Shown: positions 36,322-46,477 of the stretch, piece by piece
How positions within the stretch are numbered: the stretch's first letter is position 1
Layout: each line of letters begins with the position of its first letter
IMG/VR virus record: IMGVR_UViG_3300027608_000013
Origin: a virus
DNA: 64,000 nt
Direction: 5' to 3' (one strand)
Translations under genes and position numbers: made by a program
Notes under the pieces: model-generated
The model's database searches: none
The model's input: only the letters and a program-made list of their open reading frames with translations
Told to the model about the DNA's origin: nothing

Positions 36322-39300
36322 TGTTAACACAATATAAAAATATCGAACAAATTCAAACGGCATCGGGATCTATATCTGCAGAACGTTTATCTCGCAGTAA
36401 AACTGAGTTTGCTAGTTTTGATGCTGAAGAAGCCATTTATTTTAATACTGAAATAAATAAACAAGATGAGTCGCAACGTGTTGAAATGCACGTATACGCA
36501 GGTGATACGTGGATTACAGGTAATCATCGCATTCAACTTCAAACAAAAATACCGGAATATCGAAACAAACAAACTAATGCATTAATACAATTTCCAGCAC
36601 AACCGATTGCAATAGATTTATATGATGAGTTCGAACGTTTAAAATTAACATCCGGAACGTTTCGTATTGCGGTTAATTTCTTTAAGAATTTAATCGGTAG
36701 TTACGATCAACAACATTTAAGAATTGATGAAATATCTCCGGATCGTACGGAAATAAGATTACGTGCAATTGATGCTGATGATCCGCAATTTTTACAACAA
36801 ATTACCCAATATATTCGTACGGTAAAACAAACTACGGATACATTTTATAAAACATATCTATTAAATTTTAGCAGAAATAATTGTGTATTATTTGTTAATA
36901 GTGTTATAATTGGCGAATATGTATATGTTAAATTAGCTGAACCATTATCTGCAGATATAGCTGTTGATTTTAAGTGTTGGTTAGTTGAAGAACAAAAAGA
37001 TGCATATATTGATCGAGTATCTATATCAGCTAAATCTTTTGCAAAACAATATAATACATTATCAAATCCAAATTGGCAAGCTAATAGCACTATAAATTTA
37101 TCATCAGAAACTGGTTTTAAAACTTGGACAGAATTATTAGGTTCATCTACACAAACGTCACAACAAATTGTTGACACATATTTTTCGGGTAGTTTGTCAG
37201 GAACACAATTAAATATTGATTATTCTGATTTTAATAATTTTATATTTTATAGTTCAGCAACAGAACGTTTAACTAATTTTAAATACAAGTTAGAACTTTT
37301 AGAATATTATGCATCGCAAAGCATATTAATTTCACAAATTTCAGGATCCAATGCATCTGCTAATTCAGCAGAATATGAAACATACCGGACTAATTTAATT
37401 AGTGGATTAGATGGTTTTGAAAAATTCTTATATTATGAATCATCATCTAAATTAACAACTTATGATATTGCAAAAGAAAATGCAGTATATGCTGATTTAA
37501 CTGGCAGTTATATATCGCCGGTACCTAAATCTAACACAACGGTACCATATGCACTATATCCAGTAACTAGTAGTCAATTTAACAATTGGTACAATTCATT
37601 AATAGATTCAGCATCATTATATGATTCTTTTAATTTGAATTCATTAGAATATTCTTTGCCGGAGTTTATACGATTTGATAATAATAACGAACAAATGGTA
37701 TTATTTGTGCGAATGTTAGGACATCATTATGATATAATATATTCGTATATTAATCATATGAATAAAATTCATTCACGTGAAGAAAATCCTAAATTAGGTA
37801 TGCCGAATGAATTGTTATATACTGTAGCAAAACAATTTGGGTGGAATCTAACAAATGGCAATCAACAACAAGACTTGTGGTCATATGTATTAGGTACCGA
37901 CGAATCCGGGACTCCTACAACCGGTTCAAATTCAGTTAATGGAACTTCATTATCAGCAAAAGATCGTACATATGCAGTATGGCGTAGAATTGTAAATAAT
38001 TTACCACTACTTTTAAAATCTAAAGGTACTAAACGAAGTGTTCAAGCATTGTTATCATGTTATGGTATTCCACAATCAATGATATCAATTAATGAATACG
38101 GCGGACCTAGATTAGAAAGAGCTCCAATATATGAAAAATTAAATTTTGATTATGCATTAGATTTAAGCGGAAGTGTTGCGGGTACAGTTACTATAAATTA
38201 TACAGCACCTATTAATGCGGTTGAACTTCGTTTCCGAACAGATGATATTGTAGCAAACCCACTTATCCCAAACACAATGAACTTGTTCACAGTAGGGGCT
38301 AATACAGTAACAATTGATTTTACGAGCGGCAATAAAGGTACATTGCGATTAAATGGTACTAGTTCTGCTAATATTGAAATATATAATGATGAATGGCTTA
38401 CAACTGTATTAAGAACTAATGGTACTAAATTAGATTTAATAACTAAAAAATCTAAATATGGTAAAATTGTTGCTGCGGTTTCGGCATCTGCTACTGCTTC
38501 ATTTGCCGGTACCGGTACCGTTACATTGGGTGGTGCTACTAGCGGAAGTCGGTTTGTTGGGCAATTACAAGAATTAAGATTATGGTCTTCTAGTTTACAA
38601 GATTCTGCATTTGATAATCATGTTAAAGCCCCGGCAGCATACAATGGTAATGTAGATGCATATTCTGAATTGTTGTTCAGATTGCCACTTACTCAAAAAA
38701 TAAATCATGCACTTACTAGTAGTTTACTAGGAGTACAACCGGTTGCGTCAACTATTAGTGCGTCATTTGCAAGTTGGACTAATTCAACACCATATGACTC
38801 AATTGAAGAAACGTATTATTATGATTCCGTTTCATTGGGAGCTGGCACGTTTGATGACAATAAAATACGTATCGAATCAAATGAATTAATTGGCTCGTTA
38901 GATGTTAAAACAAGAGCAGAACGCAGTCAATTTGATCGAGCACCATTAGACAGTAAAAAGTTAGGAGTATATTTTTCTCCTCAAACAATGATTGATGAAG
39001 ATATCATTGCACAACTAGGCTTTACGGATTTAGATCAATATATTGGTGATCCAGGAGAAACTGAATCAAAATCATATCCTAGATTAATACAAGCAGCTCA
39101 AGGCTATTGGAAAAAATATAACGATCGAAATGACATTAATGAATATATCAAAATATTTACATTGTTTGATTTATCATTCTTCAAACAACTAGAACAACTT
39201 TTACCAGCCCGGGCAGATAAAATTACAGGTATTGTAATTCAACCAAATGTATTAGAACGTAGCAAAGACACTATATTACCTAAGTTAAAACAATTCGATT

Positions 39301-39821
39301 CAAGCTACTATGCATTAATTGAACAAACTCATCCAACTGCATCTGGAGATTATTTACAATATCTAGGCTCAATTGATGGTGATATATTAACAATTTCAGC
39401 ACAAGACGATGATCAATGGCAAATGTATTTAACTGCATCGCAAGGTAAAAAATATGACGGCACAACATATTCATATGAATATCTAATTAGATCGGGTAGT
39501 ACATATATTACAGCATCTACTCCGTATTGGAGAAGTGAAGCATTATGCCCAGCAATCACCGGTAGTACGTTGTCAGAATATACGGAATATCGAGCGATTA
39601 TCAATTTAACGGCCAGTTATACACCTTCGCAGTTTAGTGATTATTTACCGACCGGTATTGACAATCAACGATATTCGGGTGCAAAAATGACATCGCCTGG
39701 ATTTAATGTTAGTTCTACGCAAACAACTGATGGCGGACCTGTGGTAGAATGGAGAACAGCAAATCCAAACCAATTGATATATCAAAACATTGGCGAACAA
39801 GGAAGTTTTGTATTGGTATAA
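36321..39821 (+). CDS. large baseplate/tail structural protein with LamG-like segment
   Basis: IDEISPDRTEIRL; LLKSKGT..V.ALL.CYG (tail-P2-I-like); GQLQELRLW. Confidence 0.7.
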   Translation: MLTQYKNIEQIQTASGSISAERLSRSKTEFASFDAEEAIYFNTEINKQDESQRVEMHVYAGDTWITGNHRIQLQTKIPEYRNKQTNALIQFPAQPIAIDLYDEFERLKLTSGTFRIAVNFFKNLIGSYDQQHLRIDEISPDRTEIRLRAIDADDPQFLQQITQYIRTVKQTTDTFYKTYLLNFSRNNCVLFVNSVIIGEYVYVKLAEPLSADIAVDFKCWLVEEQKDAYIDRVSISAKSFAKQYNTLSNPNWQANSTINLSSETGFKTWTELLGSSTQTSQQIVDTYFSGSLSGTQLNIDYSDFNNFIFYSSATERLTNFKYKLELLEYYASQSILISQISGSNASANSAEYETYRTNLISGLDGFEKFLYYESSSKLTTYDIAKENAVYADLTGSYISPVPKSNTTVPYALYPVTSSQFNNWYNSLIDSASLYDSFNLNSLEYSLPEFIRFDNNNEQMVLFVRMLGHHYDIIYSYINHMNKIHSREENPKLGMPNELLYTVAKQFGWNLTNGNQQQDLWSYVLGTDESGTPTTGSNSVNGTSLSAKDRTYAVWRRIVNNLPLLLKSKGTKRSVQALLSCYGIPQSMISINEYGGPRLERAPIYEKLNFDYALDLSGSVAGTVTINYTAPINAVELRFRTDDIVANPLIPNTMNLFTVGANTVTIDFTSGNKGTLRLNGTSSANIEIYNDEWLTTVLRTNGTKLDLITKKSKYGKIVAAVSASATASFAGTGTVTLGGATSGSRFVGQLQELRLWSSSLQDSAFDNHVKAPAAYNGNVDAYSELLFRLPLTQKINHALTSSLLGVQPVASTISASFASWTNSTPYDSIEETYYYDSVSLGAGTFDDNKIRIESNELIGSLDVKTRAERSQFDRAPLDSKKLGVYFSPQTMIDEDIIAQLGFTDLDQYIGDPGETESKSYPRLIQAAQGYWKKYNDRNDINEYIKIFTLFDLSFFKQLEQLLPARADKITGIVIQPNVLERSKDTILPKLKQFDSSYYALIEQTHPTASGDYLQYLGSIDGDILTISAQDDDQWQMYLTASQGKKYDGTTYSYEYLIRSGSTYITASTPYWRSEALCPAITGSTLSEYTEYRAIINLTASYTPSQFSDYLPTGIDNQRYSGAKMTSPGFNVSSTQTTDGGPVVEWRTANPNQLIYQNIGEQGSFVLV

Positions 39822-39865
39822 TTTTTATACTATACATATTTATATGAAATAAAGGTTAAAACAAT

Positions 39866-40516
39866 ATGGGATACTTAGATAATTCTAGCGTTACAATTGA
39901 CGCGATATTAACATTGAAAGGTCGCGAATTACTTGCAAAAGGTGGAAATGCATTTCAAATTACGCAATTTGCATTAGGAGATGATGAAATTGATTATTCA
40001 TTATGGAATCCAGATCATCCACTAGGAACTGATTATTATGGTACTATTATAGAAAATATGCCAGTAACAGAAGCAATTCCGGATGAAACTCAAGCATTGA
40101 AATATAAATTAGTTACTTTGCCAAAACAAACAACTAATATACCAGTTGTAAATGTAGGGAACACTTCAATTACATTAGCAGCGCCAGGTGATAGTTCTAT
40201 AGTAGCACCTAATACAAGTAATTTCCAAGGCGGAAATGCAAATCTAGGATATACAGCTATTTTATCTGATTCATCAGTTGCAGATATTCAAGTTACTAGA
40301 GCATTACAAAATTCAACACTTCCAACCACTCCACGTTTTATTGGAGATAATGAAGATGCACAAAGTGTTGCAGTTGCTGGATTTGAATTCCGTATTGTTG
40401 CTAAAACTCAAATGATTGAAGATAAAACAGCAACGGTTACGGTAATTGGTAATGAAACGGGTGGTAGTGTAACAATTACATTGACAGTTAAAAAAGCAAC
40501 TACTGCAACTATATAA
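39866..40516 (+). CDS. baseplate/tail-fibre-attachment-like virion protein
   Basis: LTLKGRELLA...ITQFALGDDEIDY. Confidence 0.65.
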   Translation: MGYLDNSSVTIDAILTLKGRELLAKGGNAFQITQFALGDDEIDYSLWNPDHPLGTDYYGTIIENMPVTEAIPDETQALKYKLVTLPKQTTNIPVVNVGNTSITLAAPGDSSIVAPNTSNFQGGNANLGYTAILSDSSVADIQVTRALQNSTLPTTPRFIGDNEDAQSVAVAGFEFRIVAKTQMIEDKTATVTVIGNETGGSVTITLTVKKATTATI

Positions 40517-40517
40517 A

Positions 40518-41825
40518 ATGGAAAATAATATGAAAATGAATCAATTCATTGAAACGTTAAAACAACAATCGCGACAAGGCGGTGTACCTAGACTTAATTT
40601 AACAGGGACGCAACCTGCTTCTAGTGCTATTACCCCTAGAGATGCAATGGCGGCGCCAACAACATCTGCAATAACAGATCAAGTACGTCAATTGGCACAA
40701 CAACTTGCCAATCAAATGGTTGCGGAACAACAGCAAACGCAGATACTAGCTCGTAATGGTAGAACTTATACCAAATTTGATACTGCTAATGATATTATTT
40801 CAAATCAGACTGAAACTGTTACGGCAGGATTATGGTCAGATAATTTAGCAAGTTTAGAAACGTTTTTTACATCTTCTACGCAAACTACATCACAACGTAG
40901 ATATTATGTTGACACATATCATAAAGCTACTACAGAAACTGGCTCCGCTGTACAATTTTCATTAGCATTTGGTCATGCATTAGGTAGTGGATCTGATTCA
41001 CAAGGTCAACTTAATGATTCTCCTAGTAAAGCAATTTATTCACAATATAAACAATTATTGCTTTCTCCAACTGATACACGATTTACAACTGCAGGATCTG
41101 GAAGCACTGATTATATTTATGTAGTTAACTTCAAACGTAATCGTTTAAAAGAACGTTTAGATGCTGGAAATTTTGAATTACCACTAAGAACAATATCAGG
41201 TTCTCGTCCAACTAATGCAACGGGTAGTATTGTAACATCGGGTTCAAAGATTATTACATTGATTGATGATTCATCAATTTCATCAGCTGCCGTTGGCGAT
41301 TCTGGTAAAGTATATAATATTGTATCTGGATCTATTAATAGTGGAGTATTTAATCCATCAGCGCCTGTTTATTATGGATTAGCATACCCAGATTATGGAA
41401 CTTTAATATTAGACGGCAAGATGCTTGATCAACAATTAAGATTTCAAACAAATACCGGTTCTAGTTCGGAAGGAAATAATCATTTTGCATTGTTCCATTC
41501 AATATCAGGATCGGCAACAGAAAATAATCCTGCTACTGGTGACCCATATGGTTTCTTAGCACGTAATTCGGAAAAAGTAACAAGTACACATTATTTTGTA
41601 AGGGTAAAAAATGCGGAATATAATTTTTCTAATAATCCTTCGTATGTTACGGGGAGTGTTGGACAAGTAGCACAATCAACGTTTATTAGTGATCCTAAAA
41701 CATATATTACCACAGTAGGATTATATAATGATTCACAACAATTATTGGCGGTTGCAAAACTTTCTAAGCCATTGTTGAAATCATTCCAACGAGAAGCATT
41801 GATTAGAGTCAAGTTAGACTACTAA
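40518..41825 (+). CDS. tail/baseplate structural protein
   Basis: C-terminal YITTVGLYND..QLLAVAKLSKP...IRVKLDY, shared with the next gene. Confidence 0.7.
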   Translation: MENNMKMNQFIETLKQQSRQGGVPRLNLTGTQPASSAITPRDAMAAPTTSAITDQVRQLAQQLANQMVAEQQQTQILARNGRTYTKFDTANDIISNQTETVTAGLWSDNLASLETFFTSSTQTTSQRRYYVDTYHKATTETGSAVQFSLAFGHALGSGSDSQGQLNDSPSKAIYSQYKQLLLSPTDTRFTTAGSGSTDYIYVVNFKRNRLKERLDAGNFELPLRTISGSRPTNATGSIVTSGSKIITLIDDSSISSAAVGDSGKVYNIVSGSINSGVFNPSAPVYYGLAYPDYGTLILDGKMLDQQLRFQTNTGSSSEGNNHFALFHSISGSATENNPATGDPYGFLARNSEKVTSTHYFVRVKNAEYNFSNNPSYVTGSVGQVAQSTFISDPKTYITTVGLYNDSQQLLAVAKLSKPLLKSFQREALIRVKLDY

Positions 41826-41842
41826 AAAATAACAGTAATTTG

Positions 41843-41875
41843 AGCCCGTTATATTTATATGTATAACGGGTTTTT
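41843..41875 (+). terminator. terminator hairpin containing a late-promoter motif
   Basis: AGCCCGTTATA...TATAACGGGTT followed by a T-run; TATATTTAT at 41850. Confidence 0.7.
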
Positions 41876-41881
41876 ACTATT

Positions 41882-43501
41882 ATGGCAGAATCGAAAATAC
41901 AAGAACAAACTACTTATAATGGACCAATTCCAACGGTCTTTAAAAAGATTAATGCATCTGATGTAAAAGTTACACCATTTCAAACATATAAATCGTGGTC
42001 AGTTATATCAGGTAGTGCAACTTCTAGTGCTTTACCATTACAAGCAATTTATTCTGATATAAATCATTTACCAGCGTTAGGTTCTAATTTAACATTCAAT
42101 GATGTAAAGAACGTAGATGACTCATTACAAACAATTACATATTTTTCAATTAATCATTTATATTATAAACATAAATTAGATCCAATGAAAACATATGGTC
42201 CTACTAATTTAAACAGGACGCCTAAATTTTTATATCAATCAGCATCTATATTATCATTTCCTCAAGTACGAATTGGCGAAGGGATGAAACCGGCGTCGTT
42301 TACGATGACTGCAAGTTATGTTAGTGGTAGTATATATGGATCTGGATCATACGGAACAGCATCATATTCTACTAATGCACCGTTATATATAAATTCTGAT
42401 AGATATGGTAATTTGTATAATGCTGCATTTAATACAAGTTCAATAATATCCGGTGTTAAATTTTATGAAGGATTTAACGAATATTTTGATTCTTCAAGAA
42501 ATATATATGAAAATGCAGGAATAACATATATACCGGGAGTTTTAGTCACTACTAATTTTCAAGGAAATTATGGTTATGCTGCAAAATTTACTAATGGCTA
42601 TATTAAATCTACTTTAAATGGTTTGTATGACCGAAATAATAATTATGCTATTTCATTTTACATATCAGCATCAAATCTAAATACCGATTCTAAACTCGTA
42701 ATTGCAAAAGCATCTAGTTCATTATCTCCGCAATATCCTTTTAAGATAGAATTAAGTGGCAGTAATGGATTGATATTTTCTGCTGCAGGATCTACATCGT
42801 TTAAAACGCAGATTACATCATCAACTGCAGTAACAAATTGGACTCATGTTGTTTGCCAAAAATCTGGAAGTGTATTACAAATGTATGTTAATGGCATATT
42901 ACATTCATCAGCGTCAAATAATTTATTAATTGATACTAATTCTCCATTTACTGCATCAGCTAGAATTGATAATAAAGATTCAATGTATATTGGAGGATTT
43001 GAATCTGGTTCGAATATTACCGGAGTCTTAGATGAAATACGTATTTTTAATCGAGCATTAACTGCAACGGAAATTGGATATTTAGCAGACAGAACTGAAG
43101 GCGGTTCATTTATGCAAACCAATCATATAGGAAATGTATTTACAAAACAAGGTGTTGCTGTTATTTCTACTCCAGATTATCGATTCAATAATATTTTAAA
43201 TTTACCATATACTGCATCATATCGTAGTACTAAAACAATTTATGAATTAGGCGTTTTAGCAAATGCAGATGCTGGTGATTTTAATATGTCATCCAATATT
43301 TCATTAACCGCAGATGATGATTCCACTTATTATAATTTTGTAACCGGAAGCGCATTTGCACCATATGTTACTACAATTGGATTATATGATAATGCCGGAC
43401 AACTTCTTGCAATAGGTAAATTAGCACAACCAATTCGCAAACGTCCGGATGTGGATATGAATTTTTTAATTAGAATAGATTTAGATAAGAATATATCATG
43501 A
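41882..43501 (+). CDS. LamG/concanavalin-like tail protein
   Basis: WTHVV...MYVNG...GVLDEIRIFNRALT; same C-terminal motif as the previous gene. Confidence 0.75.
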   Translation: MAESKIQEQTTYNGPIPTVFKKINASDVKVTPFQTYKSWSVISGSATSSALPLQAIYSDINHLPALGSNLTFNDVKNVDDSLQTITYFSINHLYYKHKLDPMKTYGPTNLNRTPKFLYQSASILSFPQVRIGEGMKPASFTMTASYVSGSIYGSGSYGTASYSTNAPLYINSDRYGNLYNAAFNTSSIISGVKFYEGFNEYFDSSRNIYENAGITYIPGVLVTTNFQGNYGYAAKFTNGYIKSTLNGLYDRNNNYAISFYISASNLNTDSKLVIAKASSSLSPQYPFKIELSGSNGLIFSAAGSTSFKTQITSSTAVTNWTHVVCQKSGSVLQMYVNGILHSSASNNLLIDTNSPFTASARIDNKDSMYIGGFESGSNITGVLDEIRIFNRALTATEIGYLADRTEGGSFMQTNHIGNVFTKQGVAVISTPDYRFNNILNLPYTASYRSTKTIYELGVLANADAGDFNMSSNISLTADDDSTYYNFVTGSAFAPYVTTIGLYDNAGQLLAIGKLAQPIRKRPDVDMNFLIRIDLDKNIS

Positions 43502-44043
43502 TACGATTAAAACAACTTTTACGAGAATTATCTGACTCAGAAAAAACTAGATTGTTAGATAAAATAAAAAACAAACAATTCCGGTTAATTGCCGGAGGTG
43601 ATAATGGACGTGTTTATGAAATTGATGGAGAAGACAAAGTTTTCAAAATTACAACAGAACGCGATGAATTTGAAGTTGCTACAATTATTGTAAATCGGTC
43701 AGCTGAATTTACATGTTTTATTCCTGTATATTATGTTAGCGATCGAGAACAAATGTACATAATGGCAAATGCAGAAACATTACCAGATTCAGATCGTATC
43801 AATATTGATTCATTCACGGAACAGTTCAAACAATTTGCTAGATCAGAAGGCGGAGAAGTTTCTATATTTGATTTTTTAGATGCAGATGGCGCCCGTAACG
43901 CAGATGTTAAACTTGTTAATTTTATACGTGCATTGCAACGAGATGTTGAAAAATTAGATATTCCTGAATTTGATTTAGATTTAGATTTTAGTTCATCAAA
44001 CATGATGTTGTGGAATAACAAGCTCGTATTAGTAGATTGGTGA
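43498..44043 (+). CDS. protein kinase-like fold protein with MIRLKQLLRE tag
   Basis: IAGGDNGRVY, VFKIT, DEF, LDFSSSNMM (DxxxxN), LVDW. Confidence 0.7.
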   Translation: MIRLKQLLRELSDSEKTRLLDKIKNKQFRLIAGGDNGRVYEIDGEDKVFKITTERDEFEVATIIVNRSAEFTCFIPVYYVSDREQMYIMANAETLPDSDRINIDSFTEQFKQFARSEGGEVSIFDFLDADGARNADVKLVNFIRALQRDVEKLDIPEFDLDLDFSSSNMMLWNNKLVLVDW

Positions 44044-44069
44044 TATTTATTATATATAAAGGTTAAAAA

Positions 44070-45797
44070 ATGATCAGTTTAAAAAAACTATTAACAGAAG
44101 ATGTAAATTATATATTAAAAAAATCACCTAATGCTATTATAGCAAAAGCAGCAGATTTAATGGCAGGTATATTTCGTATCAAGTTTAAAGCAACTCGTGA
44201 TGAAGAAACTCCGCCAAATTTTGAACAAGATATCATGTATGTTTTAACCTCTTCAAAAAATACACAATATGGACCCGCATCTAAATATGCAAATGATGAA
44301 TGGTATTATGTGATAGGCGATGATACTAAATCTTCGGAACGTCGTCTAGTTACTGATGTATTACTTTATCCAAAATCAAAATTAGTAAATGTTGATAAAG
44401 GAAAACAAACTTTTGAAAAAATTGACAATTTATTTAAAACACCACCTAAGTCATCCGGAAAAGTTGGTAGTAGTGATGTTATTAAAGCTAGTGATTTTAT
44501 TAAAGCAATTGATCCAATATCAGTACGTAATCCAGAAACATTAGGTACTGGCGAAACGTTAATTAATCAACTTAAAGAAATACTTAATAATACTGTTGCA
44601 GATGCACCTAGTAGTGATGAAAAGATAGTTGTTGTTAAAAAAGATGATATTCTTAAAAAAGATGATGAGAATAAAAAAGATGGTGAGAATAAAAAAGATG
44701 ATATTATTAAAAAAGATGATGAGAATAAAAAAGATGGTGAGATCAATGATTCAGGCCGTACGGTAATCACGTTTAAGACAACTAGAGATCAACACACTGG
44801 CACACAAACGCCTGATGCCGCTGAGTATAATCTTGCAGAAAATTTTTATACTAGCCAAGAACGATTAGATGAAATAAATAATAATCCGGACGGTTTTACT
44901 GCAGAAGCATTTCAACAACTTATTGTTCAACGAGTTTTGCTAGTCCCAGCATATAATGCATTGACAGCAGTGCAAGAATTTAAAAAATTAAAAAATCCAG
45001 CTGATGGGGTATGGGGCAATAAATCAAAAAATGTTATTGCTCAATTAAATGCAGCTTATAATTTCACAGCCGGCGATAGGGTAACAAAAGAATTATTAGA
45101 CAAGTTATTTTCACCATTAAAGACTGAATCTAGATTTTCATTGAAATCGATATTGCTAGAACAAGATTTAACTGGATTTGATCCTACTAGAGTTACATCA
45201 AAAACTCCAGTAACTGTAACAGCTCCTACAAAAAAAGAAGTACCTAAATCAACTACTTCAGCGCCGAAAACAACAACGCCAAAAGTTGCGATATCACCAA
45301 AAAAAGAACCTGCTACTCCGGTAAATACGACAACTGCAGGACAAAAATGGCCGGAATATCCGATTATTAAAGATAAGCCATATCGACGTAATATTGATGA
45401 TGTAGCATATTGGTTTGGTAAAGTACCATTGCAATATGATAATAAACTTAAAGTTTGGTGGTTTACTACTAAAATTAAAATTGTAAGAGGTCCGAATGCT
45501 ATTGACGAAACTGCATCATTGCATCTACGAGATGATGGAACTATACAAGTTATGCTTACTAATGGTTTTTGGTTAATAAAAGGTGTTAATTCGGGTTGGT
45601 CCACCGGTGGACAACGTTTAGCTGCGAAAAATTATTATCCAGCAGAAGTTGCTAAAGTTTATGTATCAAAAGTGGAATCCGGAGCAGCATTATTTATAAC
45701 ATTGAAACAAGCATTACAGAATATTAATGATTATTGGTCTGCTACAACTGAAATATGGGCTACTAGTAATAATGGTGGTTGGGCTGGACTGGAGTAA
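44070..45797 (+). CDS. large hypothetical protein with N-terminal and internal LKxLLxE tags; possible PG-binding segment
   Basis: MISLKKLLTE; internal FSLKSILLE; ADGVWGNKS. Confidence 0.75.
   Translation: MISLKKLLTEDVNYILKKSPNAIIAKAADLMAGIFRIKFKATRDEETPPNFEQDIMYVLTSSKNTQYGPASKYANDEWYYVIGDDTKSSERRLVTDVLLYPKSKLVNVDKGKQTFEKIDNLFKTPPKSSGKVGSSDVIKASDFIKAIDPISVRNPETLGTGETLINQLKEILNNTVADAPSSDEKIVVVKKDDILKKDDENKKDGENKKDDIIKKDDENKKDGEINDSGRTVITFKTTRDQHTGTQTPDAAEYNLAENFYTSQERLDEINNNPDGFTAEAFQQLIVQRVLLVPAYNALTAVQEFKKLKNPADGVWGNKSKNVIAQLNAAYNFTAGDRVTKELLDKLFSPLKTESRFSLKSILLEQDLTGFDPTRVTSKTPVTVTAPTKKEVPKSTTSAPKTTTPKVAISPKKEPATPVNTTTAGQKWPEYPIIKDKPYRRNIDDVAYWFGKVPLQYDNKLKVWWFTTKIKIVRGPNAIDETASLHLRDDGTIQVMLTNGFWLIKGVNSGWSTGGQRLAAKNYYPAEVAKVYVSKVESGAALFITLKQALQNINDYWSATTEIWATSNNGGWAGLE
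44637..44741 (+). repeat. in-frame 18-bp tandem repeat x6 (54-bp duplication), KKDD/GxN
   Basis: AAAAAAGATG(A/G)T...; encodes KKDDIL KKDDEN KKDGEN twice. Confidence 0.85.
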
Positions 45798-45816
45798 AAA
45801 TTTAATAAAAAAAGTT

Positions 45817-46299
45817 ATGGCAAAAAATCATTTTCATAGTGCAGGTAATTCAAAACGATCTACGGCACTTAAATACGGTTATAAATCTGGATTAGAACAT
45901 ACAGTAGCGGATTGGATAAAAACTACTCCATATGATTTGAAATATGAAACAGAAATCATACATTATATAGTACCAGAGCGCAAAGCAAAATATACTCCAG
46001 ATTTCGTATTCGTTAAACGCAATGGACAATTCATGTTTATTGAAACAAAAGGACGATGGACTACAGCCGATCGTACTAAAATGAAACATGTATTACAATC
46101 AAATCCTGGAGTTGATATACGAATGGTATTTCAAAATCCAACACAACGTTTATCGAAAACAAGCAAAACTACATATGCTGAATATGCATTAAAATTAGGA
46201 ATTAATCATGTTGCTAAAAAAGATATACCTGAAGAATGGTTAATGGAATGTGTGAAATCCGGCGAATCTCCAATAAATGTTAAACGTTTCTTTGAATAA
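45817..46299 (+). CDS. T7 endonuclease I-like Holliday junction resolvase
   Basis: GYKSGLE...YTPDF...IETKGR...DIRMVF; start MAKNH at 45817. Confidence 0.88.
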   Translation: MAKNHFHSAGNSKRSTALKYGYKSGLEHTVADWIKTTPYDLKYETEIIHYIVPERKAKYTPDFVFVKRNGQFMFIETKGRWTTADRTKMKHVLQSNPGVDIRMVFQNPTQRLSKTSKTTYAEYALKLGINHVAKKDIPEEWLMECVKSGESPINVKRFFE

Positions 46300-46477
46300 G
46301 GTTGGATTTTAAATTTATTTTTAATATATTCATGATATGTTAATGAAAGTTATTTTATTAATTGATTGAATCTATTTTTAATTGATTCGATCGTTTGATC
46401 AGTAATGCAATGTATGTGTCAAACATATATTAATTATTAATTGGATTACTTACAGAATTTTATTATATTATTAATAT

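Larger units (their letters stand above)
15870..46471 (+). promoter_or_regulatory. dispersed NTTGG-N19-TATA/TATT promoters (variant of class A)
   Basis: At 15870, 16939, 21693, 24513, 27327, 46301 and 46440, each with the same 24-nt offset. Confidence 0.65.
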
